Origin: Acidobacteriota bacterium
Lineage (GTDB): Bacteria; Acidobacteriota; Blastocatellia; Chloracidobacteriales; JADJPF01
NCBI GenBank assembly: GCA_040758525.1
Contig: JBFLVQ010000002.1
Coordinates: 1-48,817, forward strand
Reading direction: 5' to 3'
DNA length: 48,817 bases
Shown here piece by piece: positions 35,098-43,023 of this stretch; position 1 is the first letter of the stretch; the number at the start of each line of letters is the position of its first letter. The position numbers and the translations under genes were made by a program. Below the pieces are notes generated by a model that did not search any database, was not told the origin of the DNA, and worked only from the letters and a program-made list of their open reading frames with translations.

Positions 35098-38000
35098 TTA
35101 AGAAAACCAATCACCAGGACTGAGCAGATTGAGCATACGCTCCGGATTATTAATACTTTGATCTTTAATCCAATTTTTTGCCTTTTCAATTAGTAGTTTT
35201 CCTTCCTCTCCCCCTAATAGTTGTCCACGGCGTAAACAAGCAGCAGCAGCATAAAGGGCCATATCTGCGCTCTGAAAACTAGCTTCTGCGATCGTTGCTA
35301 GCCTTATTGCTTCAACTCTGTCTCTTCGTGTGGCAGCAGCAGATGCTTTAATCATTGTTGCTAAAGCTGTACCCCAGGGCATCTGCTCCTTTTCAATCGC
35401 AGCGGCATTCGCTTCAGCAATCTTAAGGAAATAGTCTTGATTACCATGTTTGGCCATCGCACAAGCAAGATAAGCTTGTAGATGCAGAATTTCAATAAAC
35501 AGGAACTGTGTATGTAAAAGGAAAGATCGCTTTAGCGTTGACCATTGTTCTTTAAGCAATCTCCAAGCCTCTTGTTCCTGATTGGCATAAAGCCCGATCT
35601 CAATTTGTGCTACTAAAGCAAAATAGTGTTGTGCAGTAAATTCTGTCGGCGACCAACGCTTGATCGCCTGTATTACTTCGGAGCGTGCCTGTCCGGCGCG
35701 ATCTTTAGCTAAAAACAGTATATAGAGAACTCTCGTACTTAAGTTAGTGAGAGTATATATATTGCCACATTTACGAGCATCATTAAGCACTAGCGGCAAG
35801 TGATCAAACAGTTTATTCAGTTCACCTAAATAGTACATTGAACGCAATAGAAAGATATTGGCATTATTAATCTCCCAGGTAAATCCGTTGCAATGTTTAC
35901 GTAAAAAGACTTCAGCAGAATTAATCATTTGCTGGGCACTTTTCCAGCGTCCTTCTAACCAAGCCGCAAAACCTTCCGAGAGAACTGCTAATGCCAACGC
36001 CGCAGGTGTCTCGATGCGATTGGCAAGTTGCTTTGTTATTTGAATAAGGTTTTCTGTACGAGTATGAGTACGCCCTCCCCCGGTTGCGCTATGGGTAATT
36101 TCTATCGTAAGGGCGCGAAGAATTCTATATGGCTCGCCAATCTTTAAGGCCAATATTATGTGGCGGGTTTGGAACTCAGCGCTAACTAAGGTGTCAACCA
36201 TGGCCAGCCCCTTGGCTATCACATAATAGGCATCCAGTTTAATAAGTTTTTCATCATCAATAAGACTTTCATTACACTCTTTGAAATCTATTCCTCGTAA
36301 TCGCAAATAGAGCTGTCTTGCCATAAGCAGTAGTAGGGTAAACCAAGATTTTTTAACCCATCTGATCTTTAAGTCTTTTAGTACACCATAAAGCGCCTCT
36401 CGCCCTTTATCATTATGGCCGCTTAAGAACAACTGCTCTGCAGCTCGTCTACGCAACTCCAGTTCTTCAAATAGGGTTGAGTCTTGGGCGGCATCTAAGT
36501 AGGCTTGTGCTGCTTCAGCGCCACGACCAGCATTTGTTAACATATCGCCGAGTCTTATTTTTAGCTCTTTTAACTCTACGCTGCTGTTCATCAATTGCAA
36601 TTGAATAGACAAGCGATAGAGCAGCGCAGCATGATCAAAAGCCAGTCTTTCCTCGGCTAGCTTGGCGGCAACAATGGCATACTTTGCTGCCTTTTCATAA
36701 TTACCAGCACCACGAAAATAGATCATCAATCTTTCTTTTGCTAGGCTGTTACAACCTTCTGCTGCCATAGCAAGATTATTATAATGGGCTCTTATTGTAT
36801 CTGGGTGAAGATTGGCAAGCACTGCATCACGAATGCGTTTATGCGAGATCTCTAGTTGTTCCTTCTCACCGGCTCTGGTTGGTGAGATAAGTTGTGCTAC
36901 TTTAAGTAGCGATATCATTCTAAAAGCATTGTTGTCAAGTTGGGCAGATTCTCGTGCCAGATTCCATTCTAAAGGCTGTCCAGCAATAGCAAGAATCTCT
37001 AACAAGCGTTGCGCTTGTTCTGGCAAGCTATTAATACGAGCCTGAATAACGGTATCTAAGGTAGCTAAAGCTACCCTATCCGTCTCTTGATCTGGACAGA
37101 ATACTGCATTGGTCTGCAAATATTGCACAAGCTGATTAATGAAGAAGGGATTTCCCTGTGTTTCCCGAACTACCATTTCAGCACAAGTGGTATTGGCTGG
37201 ATAGTCTTTGCCAAGTAGTATTAATGCCAATTCACGTGCTTCCGGTGGTAGCAGTCTTTCGACAATTAACTCGTAAAATTCTATTGATAGTCCATTATTT
37301 TCTCGGAAGGGAAGCGCTGCTCTTAAGAATGGTCGATCTAATATCTCCTCTTTACGATAACTGCAGATTAACATCAATGCTGGAGATGTCTTGGAATTGA
37401 GCAGATCCGTCAGCCAAACGATACTATCATAGTCTCCCCATTGTAGATCATCAATAAATAGGATCAGTAATTTCTGTTTAGCCAACTGTTCTACCAGATT
37501 TCGTAAAGCAGAAAAGAAGTATTGTTTCAATTGATAGGGATTGGTTACATCGATCTTTTCTCTGATGATTGGATTGAATGCTTGTAGTTGACACAAGGAG
37601 GGAAATATATGTGTAAGTACGGCCAGACTATTTAGTGGTAGAAGTTGAGTCTCTGCCGGATCTATGCGTCTCAAGTATTGGCTAAGAGAATCGACCAAAC
37701 CATCCAATATTTTGTATGGCAGAGACTCTTGTTCATAACAGTGACTGGCTAAGACTACAATATCTTTCTTCTCTGCTAACTCTTCAAGAAAACGGTTTAC
37801 TAGTGTGCTCTTGCCCATACCAGCACTGCCTTGCACATGCACTATTGTTACTTTGCCAGATTGTGTGCTCTTTAATGCTTGCTTTAGTACATTCAGATGC
37901 CGCTCTCGACCAATAAAAGGTATGGTATTATCCTTAATCTCAAATGGTCTGGCGATCGATAGATTAATAGGAATATATTGTAGTCGCTGTAGTATCTCTT

Positions 38001-38859
38001 CACCCGATGGCCGGTTTTGGGGATTTGGTTGTAATAGGTCTAAACATAGATCATTCAAATCGGTTGGCACGTTAGACACTAATTTATTAGGCGGCAAAAC
38101 TCCCTCATACTGTTTTTTTCTTGCGATATCCAACAAAGAGCCATTAAAAGGGGGAATGCCAGTAAGAGCTTCATAAAGCATTATTCCTACACTATACCAA
38201 TCACTCGCCTCTGTGACTTGAAATCCGGCGCCTTGTTCGGGTGACATATACTTGGGTGTACCTAGGAAATCGATACTTTCATCGAGTGGATCATCAGACT
38301 CTTGTGGGACAAGCTCGGTAACCATACCAAAATCGAGTATCACCACACGCCCATCATTGGAGACCAGTACATTGGAAGGTTTAATATCGCGATGCAACTT
38401 ACCAGCTTTATGTAGTATATAAATTCCTTCCACTAGTTGCGACAAAGCCGCGCGTAGACAGGCTAGATCTGGTAGGCTGGCGGTAGGCTGTTTTTGTAAA
38501 AGATAACCATCGCCACGTATATATTGAAGGAAGTTGCTGCCTTGTACCAACTCCATAGTAAAATAGCACTGTTCGCCATCAGCAATAAGTTCATAAAGAG
38601 TTACTAGATTAGGATGAGTAACATTAGCGAGGTTACGAAACTCTTGTTTGAATCGGTATAGGGATAATGGCCCATAAGAGCATAATACCTTCAATGCGAC
38701 AGAGATCTCCCACTTATTATCGAGAACTTCATAGACTGTTCCAAAAGCTCCTGACCCTAAATGGCGCAATACCGTAAATCGCTCGGTATCTTTAAATTTA
38801 TTCTTACCTAAGCTGATCATATAAATACTAATAATGACAGTGTAAGCGGCAATGGCCAC
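35098..38859 (-). CDS. Ser/Thr protein kinase fused to an AAA_16/STAND-type NTPase and a long TPR/helical-repeat C-terminus
   Basis: Kinase motifs GSGAFGTVY, HRDIKPSNVLV, DFG and SPE. P-loop GSAGMGKST and Walker B LILFIDDLQWGD. About 650 aa of helical repeats. The start is either the GTG at 38859 or the ATG at 38820. Confidence 0.9.
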   Translation of the reverse strand: MAIAAYTVIISIYMISLGKNKFKDTERFTVLRHLGSGAFGTVYEVLDNKWEISVALKVLCSYGPLSLYRFKQEFRNLANVTHPNLVTLYELIADGEQCYFTMELVQGSNFLQYIRGDGYLLQKQPTASLPDLACLRAALSQLVEGIYILHKAGKLHRDIKPSNVLVSNDGRVVILDFGMVTELVPQESDDPLDESIDFLGTPKYMSPEQGAGFQVTEASDWYSVGIMLYEALTGIPPFNGSLLDIARKKQYEGVLPPNKLVSNVPTDLNDLCLDLLQPNPQNRPSGEEILQRLQYIPINLSIARPFEIKDNTIPFIGRERHLNVLKQALKSTQSGKVTIVHVQGSAGMGKSTLVNRFLEELAEKKDIVVLASHCYEQESLPYKILDGLVDSLSQYLRRIDPAETQLLPLNSLAVLTHIFPSLCQLQAFNPIIREKIDVTNPYQLKQYFFSALRNLVEQLAKQKLLILFIDDLQWGDYDSIVWLTDLLNSKTSPALMLICSYRKEEILDRPFLRAALPFRENNGLSIEFYELIVERLLPPEARELALILLGKDYPANTTCAEMVVRETQGNPFFINQLVQYLQTNAVFCPDQETDRVALATLDTVIQARINSLPEQAQRLLEILAIAGQPLEWNLARESAQLDNNAFRMISLLKVAQLISPTRAGEKEQLEISHKRIRDAVLANLHPDTIRAHYNNLAMAAEGCNSLAKERLMIYFRGAGNYEKAAKYAIVAAKLAEERLAFDHAALLYRLSIQLQLMNSSVELKELKIRLGDMLTNAGRGAEAAQAYLDAAQDSTLFEELELRRRAAEQLFLSGHNDKGREALYGVLKDLKIRWVKKSWFTLLLLMARQLYLRLRGIDFKECNESLIDDEKLIKLDAYYVIAKGLAMVDTLVSAEFQTRHIILALKIGEPYRILRALTIEITHSATGGGRTHTRTENLIQITKQLANRIETPAALALAVLSEGFAAWLEGRWKSAQQMINSAEVFLRKHCNGFTWEINNANIFLLRSMYYLGELNKLFDHLPLVLNDARKCGNIYTLTNLSTRVLYILFLAKDRAGQARSEVIQAIKRWSPTEFTAQHYFALVAQIEIGLYANQEQEAWRLLKEQWSTLKRSFLLHTQFLFIEILHLQAYLACAMAKHGNQDYFLKIAEANAAAIEKEQMPWGTALATMIKASAAATRRDRVEAIRLATIAEASFQSADMALYAAAACLRRGQLLGGEEGKLLIEKAKNWIKDQSINNPERMLNLLSPGDWFS

Positions 38860-39034
38860 TATCTGTTGTGTCGAGCTTATGGTTAGTCTGTTTGCGCCGT
38901 TGAGAACCTTTTTCTTGTCGCATTAGGGAAAGCCCTTTGTGTTGGCATGAAAGCGAAGCTTGCCCCTAGCTAATGGTAGAGGGATGACTACCCTATGATC
39001 TAAACCACTGCTTATTTTGATTGCCCCAGTTTCT

Positions 39035-39331
39035 CTAAAACTGAGGCAACATTAGATCTATTTCGATAATTTTCTGATCCTGGATTTTTAGTAATAAATA
39101 GCCTTTTTTCATCAGGGGAAGATGAAATACACTTAGTCCATTACGCTTTTTATGTATCACGCTAGCTTCTAAATTTACCTGTTCCATTAGCCTAGTTGGC
39201 AATTGTGCAATTATGAAATGGACATCAGGAATAGGTCTAGGCTGGCCAAAAAGGTAAAAAGCTTCTGCGGGTACCAGTAATGGCAATGATATCGATTGGA
39301 TCATGTAATTGATCTGGTCAATGTAGTCCAT
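39035..39331 (-). CDS. hypothetical 98-aa protein
   Basis: An uninterrupted 98-codon ORF in AT-rich DNA, co-oriented with and 175 nt upstream of the kinase gene. I recognise no family, and the RBS is weak. Confidence 0.35.
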   Translation of the reverse strand: MDYIDQINYMIQSISLPLLVPAEAFYLFGQPRPIPDVHFIIAQLPTRLMEQVNLEASVIHKKRNGLSVFHLPLMKKGYLLLKIQDQKIIEIDLMLPQF

Positions 39332-40031
39332 GGTTATCTTTCAGTTCCTAAATTAAGAGATATCTGAAGCTGAAATGAAAGGTTACCAATACATATTAAA
39401 TTTACTGGGCTTACCATGCAATACAATATTTCCCCCGACTTTATTGATCGTAGTAACATTTTTCAAGGTTTTTCAATGCTACACTGATAATATCACGCTT
39501 GGCCAGGCAATCGCATTCTCAAAGGGGGCCAGGATGACACTAAATACTAGCATAGTATTTTCCCATGTAAATATTGCCATCGCCATTGTAATTGATAAAG
39601 TCAGACTAGCTTACTGTCAGACTAGTTCAATTAAGATCCGCAATATCACCTCCGCAATAATACCGCCATAAATATCACCATAGCAATTAATAAAAAATTA
39701 TGTAATTATTCTCCGGCTGCCAGCGATAAGAACAAGCAACAAAGAGGAAAAGTAAACCGATTATATTTCTGCTGCTGACTCTTTTGTTTGGTAGTTTCAC
39801 TAGTCTTGAATGAGGGGCAGAGAAAGCAGCCGGCTCACCGACTTTGGAAGTACAAGGATATAAAGATCGCACAGACCAATAACCATTGGTTATGTGAGTA
39901 AGATCAATATGCTCTTTGAAACTATTGTTAGCATCTTTATAACGAGAATGAGAATTATCACGCCAACCTACACTCGCCTCAGAAGAGTAAATCTAAGGAT
40001 TTTCCAAGCATAACGTATAACAGGGGGATTC

Positions 40032-41777
40032 ATGGTTAAGGATTTAGTAATTGACTCTTCTTACCATAGATTAACGCTCGACGATGATAGTTATAAGGAA
40101 AGTTGTTACCATTATTCTGTCGCGGAAGTTCTAGTGCAGACACTTTACAACTTGGGCGTCAGGATAGCTATGGGGTTATCAGGAGGAGCCGTAGCTGGCC
40201 TTTGGGATGCTTTCCAGCAAAGCCTGATAAAATTATTGCATTATCGCCATGAAAGCGGCGCGGCCTTTGCAGCAACTGAATACTATTTTGCCTGTGGACG
40301 ACCGGCAGCCGTAATCTCTACCACTGGACCAGGTATTACTAATGCCATTACTGGTCTTTTTGCTGCGCGCTGGGAAGGCGCAAAGCTTATCTTCCTGTCT
40401 GCTTCTACTGCTAATTCGCAGCGTGGCCGTTGGTCTTTTCAAGAGACCGGCACCAACACAATGGGTGATGATTTTTTCTCGGCTGGTCCATTGTTTCACT
40501 ATGCTGCTCGTATTGAAAGTCCTAATGATCTACCAGTTGTGGCAATGAATCTAATGCAAGGCTTAGCGCGTCCAAGCGGTTTCATTGCCCACATAAGTGT
40601 GCCAACAACAGTACAGACCAGTCCTAGCAATAACTCATTACCAGTATGCTATCAACGACCTCTCTCGCTTGAACCAAATGAAGAGAGTATAACTAAATGC
40701 AAACAACTACTCAGTGAAGGACCTTTTGCGATCTGGTTGGGATTTGGCGCCCGATCTGCAGCCAGCTCCATACGCCATTTGGCAGAAAGAACTGGTGCTG
40801 CGGTGATGTGTTCGCCGCGCGGCAAAGGTATTTTTCCTGAAGAGCATCAGCAATTTGTAGGTGTTACTGGCTTCGGTGGACATGATTCAGTACTCGCCTA
40901 CATGAAAGAGTTTCGCCCCTTACGTACACTTGTACTGGGCAGCCGGTTAGGTGAATTCACTTCCTTTTGGAATCCAGATATGGTGCCAGAAAAGGGTTTT
41001 ATTCATATTGATATTGATCCTACTGTGCCCTGTTCTGCTTACCCTTCTGCGCCTACTTTTGCCATACAATCAGATGTGGAAGAGTTTGTTATCAAACTTA
41101 TTAAATTACTGCCAGAGAGAAGAGTCCCAAACCATTCTCTAGAACTGCCGAAACCAGACATCAATGAGGTAGAACTGAAAGATAATGGCCCGGTCTGTCC
41201 GGATGTGCTAATGGATGCGATACAAAGAATAATAGTCGATAATAGCGATGCAATAGTAATGACAGAGGCTGGCAATGCATTCGCTTGGGGGACCAATGCG
41301 CTGCGTTTTTCTGCCCCCAATCGATATCGAGTCAGTACTGGGTTTGGTTCTATGGGACATGCAGTTACAGGAGTATTAGGCGCAGCACTGGCACGTAATA
41401 GTAAAGCCGTCGCCATCGTAGGAGATGGTGCCATGCTTATGAACAATGAGATTAATACTGCTGTGCATTACCGTTTGCCAGTGGTTTGGATTGTACTCAA
41501 TGACTCTTGTTATGGAATGATTGAACATGGCATGCGTTGCCAGGGCTACAATAATCTAGATGTGCACATTCCCCATACCGATTTTGTCCAGTTTGCTCGC
41601 TCAATGGGTGCAAATGGTATCAAGGTGACAAGGGAAACGGAGCTGGATCAGGCGCTAAGAATGGCAATGGCAGCAACAGGTCCATTTGTTGTTGATGTAG
41701 AAATGGACGCAAGTATACCGCCTCCTTTTGGTCGGCGGGTTAGTAGTTTGATAGCGCAAGGATTAACAGGAAAATAG
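40032..41777 (+). CDS. thiamine-diphosphate-dependent enzyme, acetolactate-synthase-like
   Basis: Three-domain ALS-like layout. ThDP motif VGDGAMLMNNEINTA...IVLNDSCYGM. SD GGGGG lies upstream. Confidence 0.9.
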   Translation: MVKDLVIDSSYHRLTLDDDSYKESCYHYSVAEVLVQTLYNLGVRIAMGLSGGAVAGLWDAFQQSLIKLLHYRHESGAAFAATEYYFACGRPAAVISTTGPGITNAITGLFAARWEGAKLIFLSASTANSQRGRWSFQETGTNTMGDDFFSAGPLFHYAARIESPNDLPVVAMNLMQGLARPSGFIAHISVPTTVQTSPSNNSLPVCYQRPLSLEPNEESITKCKQLLSEGPFAIWLGFGARSAASSIRHLAERTGAAVMCSPRGKGIFPEEHQQFVGVTGFGGHDSVLAYMKEFRPLRTLVLGSRLGEFTSFWNPDMVPEKGFIHIDIDPTVPCSAYPSAPTFAIQSDVEEFVIKLIKLLPERRVPNHSLELPKPDINEVELKDNGPVCPDVLMDAIQRIIVDNSDAIVMTEAGNAFAWGTNALRFSAPNRYRVSTGFGSMGHAVTGVLGAALARNSKAVAIVGDGAMLMNNEINTAVHYRLPVVWIVLNDSCYGMIEHGMRCQGYNNLDVHIPHTDFVQFARSMGANGIKVTRETELDQALRMAMAATGPFVVDVEMDASIPPPFGRRVSSLIAQGLTGK

Positions 41778-41778
41778 T

Positions 41779-41880
41779 CCACCTGTGCGTATGAGATCTT
41801 AAGCCGCACAGCGGCGAAATACGCCCTGCGCTAAAGATCTACCGTCACTTCGTGGCTCAAGACCTCATACGCACAGGTGG
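41779..41880. mobile_element. 102-bp MITE-like / REP-like inverted-repeat element with 8-bp flanking direct repeat
   Basis: 17-bp perfect terminal inverted repeats CCACCTGTGCGTATGAG (41779-41795) and CTCATACGCACAGGTGG (41864-41880). Flanked by AAAATAGT at 41771-41778 and 41881-41888. Confidence 0.45.
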
Positions 41881-41922
41881 AAAATAGTTCGGATCAATAA
41901 ATATAATTAAGGAGCGAGTAAT

Positions 41923-43002
41923 ATGTCTCTTAGCCCCATCGGTATTAGCGCTTTTGCAATAGCTTTGCCTAGTAACATACGGACCAATGATTATTGGCGG
42001 CAAAAATATCCTCAGTTAGTGGCAATGGCAGAAGAGAAAACCCTGGCACGAACTTTCTCTCCCATTGAACCTAGTTCGAAGACTCTTCTCTTTGATGAAG
42101 AGATGCAGCCCTTTCTTGCCGATCCATTTCGTGGCACAATTGAACGGCGTATACTTGCTAATGGCGAAACCGCATTAATGCTGGAGAGTCGTGCTGCGCG
42201 TAGTGCATTGGCAGCCCTCAAGATGTCTCCTGGTGATATAGATCTTATGATCTGTTGCTCTTTTCTACCAGCACAGATAGGCCCAGGTAATGCCGCTTTC
42301 CTCTGTAATGAACTGGAATTTCAAGGCACGGCTTGGAATCTTGAGTCAACCTGTTCCAGTGTTCTACAGGCTTTGCACACTGCTGCCGCACTTGTGAAAG
42401 CAGAGCAGTATCGTAATGTTTTAGTAGTTGTTTCCTGTTCTTATTCCTTATATGCAGAAGAGAGCGATTCTCTCTCTTGGTTCCTTGGTGATGGTGCCGG
42501 TGCTTTTGTAATTAGCAGACTTAATGCTGGCGAAGGTATATTAGGGGTAAAGAGCATTAATACTGCCGATACTTGTGGAACTTTCTATTATGAACTGGCT
42601 AAGGATGCCAATGGCGAGCCTTGTATAAGAATGGGAGCAAGCAAAAACACCAGTAAGCGTCTAAGAGAGAATGGTCAAGATTCTGTGCAGAAATGTTGTC
42701 AGGCAGCAGCAAAAAAAGCTGGAGTTACCCTGAAAGATATCGATTTCTTTGTCTTTAATACCCCACTGCCTTGGTATGCGCGTTTCTGTGCACGCGCGCT
42801 TGATGTTGATCCAGAACGTACCATCAGTACCTATCCATTATATGCCAATGTAGGACCAGTCTTGCCAGCCGTTAATCTCTACCATGCGGTAAAAGAGAGA
42901 AAGATCAACAAAGGTGACCTGGTAATGCTCTACACAGTAGGTTCGGTCTCTAGTGCAGGCGCAATGGTAATGCGTTGGGGAGATGTTAAATTAGGCGAAT
43001 AG
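41923..43002 (+). CDS. KAS III (FabH)-like thiolase-fold enzyme, atypical catalytic motifs
   Basis: Active-site Cys context LESTCSSVLQAL. The region expected to carry HQAN reads FFVFNTPLPW. The Asn region reads LYANVGPVLP. SD AAGGAG lies upstream. Confidence 0.85.
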   Translation: MSLSPIGISAFAIALPSNIRTNDYWRQKYPQLVAMAEEKTLARTFSPIEPSSKTLLFDEEMQPFLADPFRGTIERRILANGETALMLESRAARSALAALKMSPGDIDLMICCSFLPAQIGPGNAAFLCNELEFQGTAWNLESTCSSVLQALHTAAALVKAEQYRNVLVVVSCSYSLYAEESDSLSWFLGDGAGAFVISRLNAGEGILGVKSINTADTCGTFYYELAKDANGEPCIRMGASKNTSKRLRENGQDSVQKCCQAAAKKAGVTLKDIDFFVFNTPLPWYARFCARALDVDPERTISTYPLYANVGPVLPAVNLYHAVKERKINKGDLVMLYTVGSVSSAGAMVMRWGDVKLGE

Positions 43003-43023
43003 CCTAACTTAACATCAGTGCTG

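Noticed and set aside
39375-39872. ORFs 39375-39671 (+, 98 aa) and 39687-39872 (-, 61 aa) in the AT-rich gap.
   Set aside because: Their Ile/Asn/Thr-rich composition is typical of translated AT-rich non-coding DNA, and I recognise no motif. Only 43 nt separate 39375 from the divergent 98-aa ORF start. They are kept only as part of the gap finding.
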